Shown: piece after piece, positions 1 through 12,885 of the stretch
Layout of the letters: every line of letters starts with the position of its first letter
Numbering within the stretch: the stretch's first letter is position 1
Source of the DNA: Hydrolagus affinis
Taxonomy: Eukaryota
Length of the DNA: 64,000 nucleotides
Assembly: GCA_012026655.1 (NCBI GenBank)
Contig: JAAILG010000090.1
Span: 1-64,000 of the forward strand
Reading direction: 5' to 3'
Made by a program: the position numbers and the translations under genes
Notes under the pieces: model-generated
What the model was told of the DNA's origin: nothing
The model's database searches: none
Seen by the model: the letters and a program-made list of their open reading frames with translations, nothing else

Positions 1-137
1 GAAATAAGCGGTGCCGGTCAAGGCGCGGATGTGGGGGAGGAAGGAAAGTTTTTGATCGAACATGATGCCGAGGTTCCTGATTGGCTTCGTGAGGTGGAGA
101 GTGCAGCCTTGGATGTTGAGGCTGGCAGCGCCCGATG
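1..137 (-). mobile_element. L2 LINE ORF2 fragment (runs off window start)
   Basis: Minus strand reads SGAASLNIQGCTLHLTKPIRNLGIMFDQKLSFLPHIRALTGTAYF, the RNLGVxFD..LSF..HI motif of L2 RT C-terminus. Confidence 0.85.
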
Positions 138-2119
138 TGCGCACAAAACATGTCCAACTACCATGACCCACAGGTTGCTGCTAGCATTACTAAGACTATA
201 ATTATTTATTCTGCTTCATCACATGCCATCTATATTTTTATTTAAAAAGAATGAACATATTTTGTTTTATTTACTAATTGTAACATCCTTCTGTTGGGGA
301 TGAAGTTGTTGCAGATTTGAGGACCTCAGGCAGGAATTTCTTTTCATTCTTGTTCAGCCTTCAATGAAAGCATGTACTGAAAGAGCACACTCTTTCCCTC
401 TAAGCATGATTAAACACATTTTTATTGTACAAAGAATATTTTCAAAAATGCTTTATTGAAATATAATACATTATTGAAATACAGTAACTTACACTCTCAG
501 AAAAAGATTGCCAGTTGGTTCATAAAGGACCCTGCCAGCCCATTCATATTAGAACACAGGGAATAGTTAAGTAGATGGGGAAGATAAGGTTATGAACATG
601 GACTATTTTCATACTAAGTCATATTGTGAAAACATTGTTGCAGCTTGCTGGAGAAAGACATCTGACACTTTAAACTAAAAAAGCACATGATTTTCAGACT
701 AGTTCCAAGGATTGGCAAGTCAAATCCATTTCCAACGACACTGTCCCTTGTCACAATGGATGGAGTCACGTACCACATCTCTGTGGACAAATAGAACACT
801 ACATTTGCTGAGAGTCATCTGAAATTCAAGGTCAGTTACTAAATGTCCCACTAGAATTCTGTATCTAGACAGCCAAATCAATATCGAGATCAGGCTCAAG
901 AAGGTTAAACATTTCAGAAACTTGATCCTGAAAATACTACCAGCCCCAATGGCAAACGTGCTTAGATTTTCAACGCTGTGTCTTAGGAACGCTGTGTCTT
1001 AGGAACTGTCTGTTCCCTTGGCTCGTCAGATTTAGTATCCAATCTGAATGGAATATGTCAAACATGCTCATGTGCGAGTAGAAATCAAAGTCAAGTGGTG
1101 AACTGCCAATAAGTATCATTCCTGCTAATAGTGTCCAAGTACAAGAAGATCATTATGACCAAGAAGCAATTAGAACATCTCATATACAACAACCTACTTG
1201 CTGTCTGGCCAATTTGCCTTTAGGACAAATCAGTTCCTTTGTGACTATTTTAATCCCATGGACCAGAGTGGTTGTTTCTTTAAGATTGAAATGCACCCCA
1301 TGGAATGATTCTCTTGGCAACCACCACTCACTCTTCTAAGGTTTTTGATTGATCCCATAATACAGACTGATCCTGAACATTCTCATATTAAGTGAAAGCG
1401 AAACTAGCCATCCAAGCACTTTGACAACCACCAGCAGCTGGTTTGACAGCGGCATTGGTGCTAAATTCTTGGGATTGTGGGTATGCTTGCATTCATAAGA
1501 GTGAAAGACCAAAAATCAATGGAGAGTATTATGTACAGCCAACAAAAGGATGTTTCCATTTCATGCACGTTTACTTACCAATATATTGCCATGATCTTGA
1601 CAGATATATTCATTTTAATTATGCATTGAATCTGTTGATGGCATGACAAGTCTTTGGCCAGCTTGTACAGTGATCTTTAAGTGAGTACTGTGAGTTCCTT
1701 TCCATGCGATTTTAAATTTGTTGGATTTTAAATAAAGCAAAATGGTACATCTGGCATTTATTACAAGCAGTGTTTTTTGCTTCTATATTCAGCAAAAATT
1801 AAATCCAACAGAACCCTTCATTTTATTGTTTTTTTAAAGTTATTTCATCCAAGTAACAATTTTGGAAACTTTCCAGACTCAATAAACATTTCTATTTCAT
1901 TCAAAGTACTCAGACATTTGGTTTAATCTTCATTAAAATCAGAGTATGTGGTTCCTTGGGAACCATTACTTTTTGGTGGCTGAAGAAGAGCACATTTGCT
2001 TTATCAACTGATTTTTTTTTATCATTCTGTGTCTGTGCCTGTAAACCCTACAAACCAAAGCTACAGACAGGGCAGTCCTTAGCTGGACAGGCAGCAGAAA
2101 GCTTGTCAGACAGTGTTCT

Positions 2120-2390
2120 CAAGGTATGCAGTTTTAGCTTGTTAAACTCCAGTAGTACCCCAATGCACAATCTAGGGTCTCCAAGCCTTGGCTGTTTCCC
2201 AAACTGCACCAATACTCTCCCAAATTAGGTTAGCAGGGAGTATCTCTACCGGAAGAGATTGTGCATTCCATTCCAGATACAGGAATTTCCATGTGTAAGT
2301 GGTGTGCATGGCCCTCTCGGTCTGGTTTGAATGCTCAAGTATGGTGATGGGTTTCTGCGTGTGTCAGACACCTGGCTGATTGGAAAAAGA
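2120..2390 (+). repeat. Unclassified interspersed repeat, copy 1 of 4
   Basis: gcagttttagc-tgttaaactccag...gtgcattccattccagata...ggtttgaatgctc-aagtatggtgatgggtttc shared with 17305, 21160 and 61120. Confidence 0.75.
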
Positions 2391-4104
2391 ATATGCAGTG
2401 GTTTTATTTTGTGGTAAAAGATTTCCATGATTAAGGAACTCCTATTTCAATGCGCCTTATACTCATGTTTCAATGTGCCTTGTAATTTTTAATATGATGA
2501 TTCTCCTTTTATTTCTGTTTCTGTATTACTATGGCAATGTTGTCTGCTGGTACTAGTCACTTAGTTACTGGCCAAATTATTTTATAGAATATATATGTAC
2601 TTAAGTTACTTTTGTCCAGCTTCACAAAATCATGGTTGGTCTGGATGAAGAAGGCCCTTCAAGGCCAACCAATCCAGAACACCCACCCACCCTACCTCCC
2701 CCACCCCCTCCCCCACTCTGGTGTGCTGGCCTTTGTCACCTTTCCTGGCAACTTTTTCCGGTCGTTGATTACCCTTCATGTAAAAACCTTCCTAAAATCT
2801 GTTCTGGACGAGTTTGATCACTGATGCTCTTGAGTACTGTTGTTAAGCTATTTATGCATTTGTGCCAGAATCCTTCTGGGATGCACCCCAGAGAATCATG
2901 TGGGAAGATAGGAAATATCACTAATTAATGTTTGAAGGAAACCTGTAGGGCAGTGGTGGCCAACCTTTATGATTGGCTATCAAAACAAATTTCCTTGATT
3001 GAATATTCCTTGATTTATAGAATAAATCAAGAAATATTCTATCAAGAATAACCTAGAAAAGCTACTGATCAAACATGTACTTACCTAGACTAGTCCAAAT
3101 GTTTGGTGTGAGGGGTTTGGGGATAGTGGGGGCTGATGTTTGGGCATTTTGCTGTCCGTGGAAAAGTGAATAGCAACTGAAGCTTTTTTTTTAACTGGCT
3201 GATATATCAGGGTTTCAAAGACCATGTGCTCTGGGGATGATTTGAAAATCTCCTAGAATTTTTTAATGAAACAGATCTTTTAAATGAGCTCAAGCTGTTT
3301 TCTGTGTTTGAGAATGATTCGAATTACTTCACAAATGCTCTTCCTGTTCCAGAATTATATGTTGTATGTTAGGTCATAGTTTGACAGATTAGTTGGCACA
3401 AAATCATTTGATAGCCATTGGGTGGATTTGAATTGGGGTATAGATTGGATTAGTCCAATTCTTGGCGTAAAACTGAGCAAATGACCAATTTCATTAAATC
3501 TCCTGATAGGTCTTTATTACAATAATCTTTATTGGTTTTGCCATATGTAATTACATAATTCAGATAACGATTGCTGAAAGATTACACTTATTTTGAATGT
3601 TTTTGTTACATTGTTGCTCATGTAAATATCCTAGGAATAATTTTTTAAACAAATAACGTTTAGGAGAGATTTTAAATAAAGGTTTTGGAGCACTCTGGAG
3701 ATCTTCCAAGACTTATTTAAGTCATGAGGTAATGTAATTTTGCCTCTTTTTGGTTGTTTGCTTTCCAGTTTCAGCTCTCAGGATTTTTTCTGTTATTTTT
3801 GATCTTGTAACTTTCTTTTGGATGAGCAGGGTCGAGAAAGAAGTTGAATCCTGAATTATTGCAGATCAAAATTCATAATTATTGCTTTTTTCCAAAAAAA
3901 ATTCTGATTCAGTTTACAAAAGGAAGGATAATATTTTTGTGATTTTCATAACAGTCACATAGAAGAATTAGAGCTCCTCAGATACCTTGAGAACTGACAT
4001 TTGTGCTAAATAAAGAAATTTTGGACAGTTAAATAGCTAACATCAAGAATAGGACATGAAAAGCACTATATCAAATGCAAGGATTATTAATACCGTCATC
4101 CCCA

Positions 4105-4250
4105 CCAACAATCCATCTTAAATTGATCATTTACCTTGTGGCTGTTTTGGCATGCTTCTATGTGCACACAAATGTTGCATTGCCTGTGGTAACAGTTACC
4201 ACACTTGACAGTAATTATCTGTGAAGTGTTATCAGATGTTTTGACATCTC
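4105..4250 (+). mobile_element. Degraded Deu-domain SINE 3' part
   Basis: ttgatcatttacc..gctgtttt..tgtgcac..ctgtgaagtg resembles the better preserved SINE at 60515. Confidence 0.5.
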
Positions 4251-4524
4251 ACTATAAAAGTCCTCCAATGGTTGGCAGTGAAAACACTGGATTATATGAA
4301 AAATATTAGGTTTGTCTTTAATGCCCAAGTGGAATATTGTTTAAGCATGTGCAATTGATTCAGAAATGAATGGATTAGCCTGAAGACTTTTGAAGTCCTT
4401 AATTGAAGACACGAGGGGTTCCAAGAAAATATCTAAACGTCTGGTGAAGCATCTTCTAGGCCTTTATGAAAAATAGAAATATCTTGGATTTGAGAGCCCA
4501 CAGGTGGTATAAAATTCCCCCAAA

Positions 4525-5170
4525 GGTTCAGATGAAGAAGGCTGTTTTGGCCCATTTAATCTCATCCTTACTGAATACCTCCCCTACCATCTTCCCATTA
4601 CAACCTCAAACTGTTTCTCTCATCAGCGCCTTGGAATGTCTTCCTGACCCGAAAGTCGCTGTACAAGACTAATTTTGTTGTTGTTATGAGTTACAAAGCC
4701 CTTACCTCAAGTACCCTTCCTGATAACCAGTTCCAGTTGTTAGTTACCCTTTGTGTAAAATAATGTTTCCTGATGTCCTTCCTGAAATAGCTCTTCACAT
4801 TCCTAAACATGTTCAGTGTCTTGCCGACTGGTCTATCTGAGTAGGAGAGTACTGTATTGTTCTGGCTTTCTTTTCTGAACCTTATTTAGCATTTTATATA
4901 CTGTACTCTATAAGTCCCTTTGTGATCTGTTTTCAAGGCTCATATCTAGTTTTTCTTCTCATAGCTCACCCTTTTAACACTGGGAATCATCCTCTTCATT
5001 GGCTGTAGATCCTGGGAATGAATGTACTCATTGTGACAGCTACAACTCTATGCAGTATTTAAGATGTAGCATAATTTGAGTTTAAGCATATTTGATATAG
5101 ATCTGAAGTCAACTGATTTGGCAGTGTAGCCTACCATCCCTTTTGCCTTGTTTATTTGCTGCCTCCTACA
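4525..5170 (-). mobile_element. Degraded CR1 LINE 3' end
   Basis: gaagaaggctgttttggcccattt (reverse of CR1 3' UTR) followed by ccctttgtgtaaaataatgtttcctgatgtcc typical of reversed CR1 ORF2 end. Confidence 0.6.
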
Positions 5171-6710
5171 ATTTGGCTGAGGAAGTGAGCAAAGGATGAG
5201 CTTGTAATTCAATGTAAAGAAGAGAGTTAAAATGACATGTTTGTAGATAGATCTAGATTAGAATGAGTATTTTGCCCTCCTCTTGAAAAAGTTGATGCTG
5301 ACATTGTACCAAGCATAGTGAAGGGGACTGCTTGAAACACATATATTCTGAACATCATTGCCCAAATGATGTAAATATGAGCAGCTTCCTTCATTTGTTT
5401 AACCTTGAGCTTCTTGATGAGACAAAAGGTGGAGGTTTATGCCAGTCAATCTGTCTTGGACAGATTGAAAAAGAACCAATTGTAAATCATGTCACCATCC
5501 ATTTTGAGGGTGATAATTAGAATATGGAATCTAATTGTGATATCTATTGCAGATGTGATCTGATATGCGTTGAAATATAATTGACAAAAGATAGTACTAT
5601 ACTGAATTAACCATATGGAGATTTTGATGGATCCCGTTTACATTAATGTACTGTCAAATGTACTGGATGTCCATTCATTTTTTAAAAAGTAATTATTTGA
5701 AAGTTTATCCATGTATTCAACATTTAAGTAGAGCACTTCACTACTTAATTGACCAGTTCCAATTAAATAGTGGTGTTTTGATGGCCAATATCTATGCTTT
5801 TGTGTTTAAATGCTGAATAAATCTAGTACGAACCACAAAAGGTGTGTGGATCATGCACTTCATCAAATCAATGTTTTAATAGGATATTAGGCTGACAAAT
5901 TCCAATCTGAATGAAGCAACATACATGTTTTTCCTAAAAATGCTATCAGTTTTGAGTTTGTATTCCATTTTCAGAAAAATTCTCCCAGTTAGAGCATATG
6001 TCTGTCATTTATAAATATTGCTTATGTCAGGCATCAAAGTGAGTGGATTAAAAATGAACTGAGATCAAAAGGAAACTGCATCTTCTCATTGAGCAAATGT
6101 CTCATATTTAAATAAAGTCTTGAAATGCTGTTGATGGGATTTAGTTCAGCTCCGTTGTATGCATTATGTTATCACAGGCTTCTTTATAAGTACTGATAGT
6201 CAAATAACTTTTGTACCCAGTGTGATGTTCTGCATATTAATCAGCTGCTCAGCAAAGCTGCAAAGCAACTTTAATCTTCTGTAAGTAACTGATGCAAATG
6301 ATCCTTTTAATTATTAAAACTGCCTCAGTGTCCTTTTGCTTGTATAAATTGACCTGACAGGAATATTCTGTGAACACGAAATCAAACCCCAAGCACTTGA
6401 CCTTGTTCAAACAATTGTAATTCAGTGAGTTTGTAGTCTTTTTGATTCCAGATGGAGCAAAATGTACACCAGTTCTACTCTATCTCTTCTACTACTAGAG
6501 CTGTACAATATTGTCTACTGTAGAAGTATATTTTAGATGGAAGTGGATTTTGGATTGTATTATGATAGAACATATTTAAGAATTTCAAGACCTGAAAAAG
6601 CTGATAGCAGTTATAGTAAATGATATTGTTCCCATGTTATCTCTTCACCTCAATGTAATATTTTTATTTTTGTAGTGATTTTTGTTGTATTTTGTATGTT
6701 TTTGAAACAA

Positions 6711-7243
6711 TACTTGGAAAGGACATTCTCGTCTTATAGGGGGTGCAGCGTAAGTTCACTAGATTGGTTCCTGGGATGAGGGGGTTGACCTCTGAGGATA
6801 GGTTGAGTAAACTAAGCCTATATTCTATAGAATATAGAAGAATTATAGGTGATCTTATAGAAACCTATAAGATTTTTAAGGGGCTTGACAGAGTAGACAG
6901 TGTGAGACTGTTTCCCCTGGTTGGAGAATCTAAAACTGGGGGTCATAGTCTCAAGATTAATGGTCAGCTTTTTCGAACAAAGTTGAGGCACATTTCTTCA
7001 CTCAGATGTTAATGTGTTTATGGAATTCTCTACACCAGGAGGCTGTGGATGCTCAGTCCTTGAACATATTCAAGACTGAGATTGATGGATTCCTAAAGGA
7101 TAGAGGGATTAAGGGATATGGCGACAGGGTGGGTAAATAGAATTAGGTTAGAAGATCAGTCATGATCTTACAAAATGGCGGTGCAGGCTCAATTGGCCAA
7201 ATGGCCTGTTCCTGCTCTTATTTCTTATGTTTTTATGTTCTTA
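6711..7243 (+). mobile_element. CR1 LINE, 5'-truncated, ORF2 C-terminus plus 3' UTR
   Basis: ORF 6743..7012 VQRKFTRLVPGMRGL..RL..L.LYS.E.RR..GDLIETYKI..TGGHSLK; tail aaatggcctgttcctgctcttatttcttatgtttttatgttctt. Confidence 0.92.
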
Positions 7244-8759
7244 AAGGGAAATACATTGTTTGAGAAGCAATGAAAGCAGTGAAAGAAAAGTTGAAATGTA
7301 ACAAATCTGGGATTTTCAGATGTACAACAAATGTTTTTAGAAATATATTCCGGATGCAAGCAAGTTAGATGAAAGGTTAACTTAATTCTGGAAAGTTGAC
7401 CCTCCCCACTGGCTCACTGGATAAATATTTGACGTGATGTAATTTCACTATATAATTTAGAAAGTTACCATATTTAAATCCCTGGGTAAAGTGAGTTGGA
7501 TGGTCTTAGATGGGTAATGCTAGATATACTATGCTAGAGACATTAGCTTCAATGTCATGGTGTTACAGAGGGAACATTTGGTTCTATGCTATTAAGTATT
7601 CCCCAATAGGATATATGACTGTAGTATAAAGTTAAAATGATATTAGGCTTGATTGTAATGCTTCCGAAGTCTCCCGCTGACTTATGGTAAAATATTACTT
7701 AAATTAGTTATTGAAGGACCATTTTCATGATTTGCTGCTTTCTGAGAGACAAGTGATGCAAAATTATTTTGGAGAGGGAAGTGAAAGAATTGGGGATCTG
7801 CATTAGTAGAAATATTTATTTAAGGCCTGAATAATTAATTTATTTTTAGAAGGCAATGGTGGTTAGACTGCTGTGGGTGTATTGCCTCGGTTCCTGGATG
7901 GATGAAGTGATGCGTGTGAAAACAGTATTGAGAATGATAAGTCTAAAGTGAGAATATAGCTATGTGCTAACACCTGAGGGTGACTGAGAGAGGATGCAGC
8001 AAGACATGGCAAGGCAATGGAGGCTCAGGAGTGAGGTGTAATTGGTTGTGTGCAGATACTGTACTCTCAATATGGCTGTATATTGTTTCCCAGAGTATGA
8101 ATATCAGATGTGAAATAAAACCAGATAAGCTAAAAAAAAGTGACAGAATGGACCTAGCAATATCTAAAGAAGTAAAGAAAGAATATGAAAATGTATTGGG
8201 TAAATCTGAATTGAGATCCAAGGGTGGTAATTTCGATTGTTTTCACTTGGGCTTGCAGAAAATGAGCAGGAAAATTTACGTCAGTGAATGTACTTTAAAA
8301 CTGCTAGGAATTGACTTTATAATTCACTGAGAATTTTTGTTAGCTGGAAATACTTGTACAGAAAATATTGTACATCAGCTGAGAGGAAATTGAATTCCAA
8401 ACCATTAAAAATACAAACTAATTAATTTGAAACTAGTTTTGGAGGTGGAAGCATTATTAGTTGAATAAATATAGATGACCAAATGTAATTGCTGACCTAT
8501 GAATGGGAAACAATTTCTAGGTTAATGCAAAAAATGCAAATGTAAAATGCATGAGAAAGTGTTGAAGGATTCAATGAATCCTAAACATTACATTCGCTAC
8601 TGATTTGTTACCAATACAATTCACAGGATTTATCATAGATGTTTGGAAAATCTGCACAATTTACAATCTTTCAAAGTAAATGTTAGTAAAGGTCATATTC
8701 CAGTTGTCATAAAGTATAACAAATTTTGATTGCACCATTGTCTGCAGTTTATCCAAGGA

Positions 8760-9290
8760 GTAGCTGAGTCATACAGAAGGGATCCACATTTGATCCCTGA
8801 TCCAAGTTAGTTGATTTCAGTGGCACTCAGAGTAGGTGCTCAAAGTGTTTTAGTGCCTCTACTCCTGATCATTTTCCAGAAGCCCCTGTTGGAGATGTGC
8901 ATCTGTGGCCATTGCAAGGAAGAATAAGATTAGGTTTGCTTGCTCGTGATCCCTCTGACACCAGATAAGCTTCTAACACTCACTGCCTATATTTGCATAT
9001 GATCAGTAGCCACTGAAGTATGATATAGTAAAAGCCTGTTTATCCGATCAACTGTAACTGCCATATAACCGGCACCTCAAAAAAAGATGCCCATTCGATT
9101 AACTGGAATTTATCCAGCACAATGTTTTTTTTTAAAATTACATTTATTTGTGTGTTTTCGGCCAAATATCCGGCACGCGCTTTAACCGGCATTGGCCAGG
9201 TCACGAGGGTGCCGGATAAACGAGCTTTTACTGTACCATGGTGCAATCAGTGCCCATGGAGCTATACTGCAGCAGAAATAAAAAATAATC
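8760..9290 (+). repeat. Old SINE-like interspersed repeat, interrupted by MITE 9026-9233
   Basis: ctcctgatcattttccagaagcccctgttggagatgtgc...agtagccact aligns loosely with reverse copies at 14755-15090 and 58075-58460. Confidence 0.5.
9026..9233. mobile_element. Tigger/pogo-type MITE
   Basis: TA flanks (9024-25, 9234-35); ends tAGTAAAAGCctGTTTATCCG and CGGATAAACgaGCTTTTACTG are inverted repeats; same family as 24099-24425. Confidence 0.88.
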
Positions 9291-9460
9291 AAACATCACG
9301 AAGGCAGTAGGTGACGTATGTAGTGCTTCTTCCATGTATTGTGCATACGCATTGCACAGGAACTAACTCTCAAAAGTGGTCTGCACTTTGGTCTACATTT
9401 TTCTGCACTTTGCTTTGCCTCAGAGATATTGGACCCAGATGCTCGCACCATAAAGGATTA

Positions 9461-10876
9461 CAGGTAGACCCCGCTTAACGAAGGGGTTAGGGACATCGAA
9501 ACTCCTCGTAAAGCGAGAATTTTGTTAAGCGGGTGGGAGGTCCCTACTGTGTTTCCGTATGTGAAAAAAATCAGTTTTTGACCCAACTGTGCCTAGCGCT
9601 AACATTTGTGGTGTACCAGCGAAGGCATAAGGTAGGTAGAACTGCTATTGAAGGCTGCAATACTTCAATTACAAGATGAAAAGATGAAAGATAAAAGAAT
9701 ACAAGATGAAAATGTTTGTTTTGTTTACCCGAACAGTATTTTATTTCGTAAATTTTTAACACAATGCAGTAACAAAACAAAAGTTCCCGTACTTCTCGTA
9801 ATAAGATGAGATAAGGAGTAGGGAGGAGGACTTTGTTTTAATTGTTGCTGGAGGAGGAGGGGGAGGAGGAGGAGGCTGGAGAATCAGGAGAATCTGGTGA
9901 GAAAGCAATAGGTTCTGTATAATCAACGGACGTACTTGGTACTGGTTCTTTGGACGATGTCAGCTTCAAGAATCTGTCGATAGAAGACTGTCGACAGTTT
10001 TTCTTTTCTTCATACAATTCTTGGTAGCAACAAATAGTTTGCTCGATGCCACGCGCAATCTGAATATTACGATCCATTTCAGGATAGTTGTCTTTGCAAA
10101 TATTATTCGCTTTGTCTATTTTCGAAAGAAAAGCTTTCAAAATGTTCAAACTAAGAATCTTAGGCTCCTCAAATAAATCATCAGCCTCAGCTGTCCGTTC
10201 CTTTATTAAATCCTGAATTTCTTCAGTTGCAAGCTTTCCAGGGGCCGATTTCTCATTTATGGAGATGTAGGTCTTCTCAGGTAACTTCTTCCAATTAAGG
10301 CCTGTTTCATCGAAGTAGAAAATTTGTTACGATTTATAATCTTCTGAGTTTTCTAAGTTCATCTGAATAATGTTCGGCAGCAGCAACATCCGCACCAGCA
10401 GCTTCCCTGCACATCTTGATAGAATGTAGCTTGTATCGCTACTAGCCTTTGCTAGTAGCAAAAGTCTCCGCTGGCTTTATCCGAGTAGCGTCATGTAGTT
10501 GCCTAGCATCCGGCCGCTTAAACTCCACCCATACTGTACGGGCCTTCTCTTGGATTATACTAGCGGAGAGGGGGCAATAGCATTCATTCTGGTCTTCGAT
10601 CCATCTTCATTTCCAACATGATGGACTTTCTTTTCTTCGATGGGTTTGGCGATGTTGCTAATGGGCGTTTAGGTGGCATACTGAAGTAAGTGTATGTAGC
10701 TTCGTCGACTGAGACCGAGCGTGAGTTGCGGGGGCGGCCGGGAGACGAGAAGCACGCGAGATTTAAACTTTTGCTACAGCGAACGCAGCCTTCGCTAAGC
10801 GCATAGGAGGTACAAATGCAAACCCTCGTTATAGTGAAATTTTGGTAACCGGGCGTTCGTAAGCGGGGTCAACCTG
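9461..10876 (-). mobile_element. Internally deleted Tigger (pogo-like Tc1/mariner) DNA transposon with defective transposase
   Basis: TA target duplication (9459-60, 10877-78); TIRs CAGGT(A/T)GACCCCGCTTA(A)CGAA; minus strand WIEDQNECYCPLSASIIQEKAR (CENP-B type HTH), FDETGLNWKKLPEKTYIS (first catalytic D) and CYQELYEEKK..QSSIDRF (C-terminus). Confidence 0.95.
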
Positions 10877-12664
10877 TATTCTATATCTCCCTTTGTGCTG
10901 AATTGCTTTCTTGGATTGTATTCCTTGGTGTGTCCTGTGGGAAATTCAAGAAAGAAAAATATTTATAACTATTTTAGAATGTTTAGAAATTTATATCTTA
11001 TTTAATATCAGTGTGGTTTTGTTTGTAAATAAACTGCCACATTCACATTGATCAATAATTGATATCTTGCTTATGATAATATTTGCAAAGGAACTTGTAA
11101 AATTGTAGAGGCGTATGAACTTTTGAGTGTGGCAACATTCTACAAATGTGAGGGTATCTTGTTTGAAATCAATTAGTTTGAATATTCTAACCACTAAGCT
11201 ACAAGACTGCACTGTCCATTGTACTGTATATGTAAAAAATATTTTGTGAAATCAATTGTGTGTTTACAATGGCAAATGTAGCTCCTATCAGCAGAAATAA
11301 AGGGCATTTTCTTCCATTATTTCACTCAAAATTTTATTCAAGTGGATATTCTCTGTAGGACTGAGATTTTGGGATCTTGCTGAAACATTTATATGCAACA
11401 AAAACTTGGTCTGATGTATTATTTTTCCTGTGACGTCCTAATTGAAATCCTATTAATTTTGTTGCTACCAAAATGAGTTGCTGCAATTTGCTCAGCAGGT
11501 GAGTTCCATCCAGCTTGTTTCTACAGTACAAGAGCCCAGAGGGACTCAAGGCAATGACAGCAGTTTCCCTTTGACAGCAGCATGTCCTTGTTGGTATTGA
11601 TTGGGTTGTTCAGTGGAGTGAGAAACATTGATTTAGTCTTAAACTGGTAGTTATGTGATAATCTTGAAGATGAATGGATGTCAAGCGAGGTATTGGTGGG
11701 ATGAAATCAAATACACTTGGAGTTATTTATCCTTATATGGCAGCAATAACGCATTAGCAGTGCTGAATAGTAGTTGCAGCTGCTGGATTATTGATAGCAT
11801 CATTAAACTGGGCTGGGAATACACAATGTGAGCAACCTGCCTCATGCACAGCAACCATTTGAGCTACTGCAAGTCGACTGCTAGTCTTATAATGTATTGT
11901 ATGTAAAATGAAATTACTGGAAAAATTGTCATCACTGGTGTCAAAATTATTGAAAATCTAACATCTTGTAGGCAGTGGCTAGTCTGTGATTGTTTTATCA
12001 AGATTGATCTTTCTAGATTAATATGTAAAGGAATGTCTTTTAATTGGTATTATCCTCATGTTTTCTTGGCAATATAACAAAGTATCTTGGACTATCCTTT
12101 CCCTTGCTTCCTTCCAGGTCCACCTCAAACCTCTTTGACCGCAACCCCTTTTGGCATCCCCCCAACGTGAATAGCATTAAATAAATGTAAATTTATATTG
12201 TACCCATCAAAACAATGCAATGACTTCATAAAATGAATGCACCCATAGAACATTCTTAAATAAAGTAATGCTGCTAGGTGCACTGTGTAAAACCCAGGAA
12301 AAATCTGAAATATTAAAGCCCTTCCTGACAGAACATCATAATTAAAACTGTAAGCTGATTTTTATGTAATTTTTAGGGTAATAGTTCACAGCAACAATTA
12401 TGGAAGAATGCTGACTTGAACACTTGGGAGAAGAGAATTTATATCAGCTGTTAGTAAAATAACAACAACTTGCACTTATTTTGCACTCTCCAAGCAGGGG
12501 CAGCATCTCAGACATTTCTAGATTAATAAAAGAATTGCAAATTAGGCATGGCTCTAATGGTGCCATGTCTTGAAAAGCCCAGCAAGGACAAGGTATTAAA
12601 AGTGCTTTGAACTAAAGAACTTGTCAGTCAATAGTCACGATTTCTTTGTACTTTTAAATCAAAT

Positions 12665-12885
12665 AACAAAAAGGAAATATTAGAAATGAGCAGAAGGCAA
12701 ATCAGGATCTGAAGGAGAAAGATACTTTAATATTCCAGGCCTGATCTTTCTCGACAACAACAACAACAAAATTACACTGGTATACAACATGAGTTCTGAT
12801 AAACAATCACAACCAAAATGTTAACCAATCTTTCTCTTTCTGATACCAATTGACCTGCTCTGCATTTGTAGCATTTTCTATTTCT
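12665..12885. mobile_element. Palindromic Penelope-derived repeat (two inverted 3' ends)
   Basis: ggaaatattagaaatgagcagaaggcaaatcaggatctgaaggagaaagat pairs imperfectly with atctttctctttctgataccaattgacctgctctgcatttgtagcattttc; family call from recalled shark repeats. Confidence 0.6.

Noticed and set aside
600-1400. Possible decayed coding element
   Set aside because: No motif could be recognised in any frame I read
12090-12170. Strong-looking splice acceptor cttccttccAG at 12117
   Set aside because: Sequence resembles the pyrimidine-rich L2 ORF2 end (cf. reverse of 46970-47000); no KAT6-like coding follows
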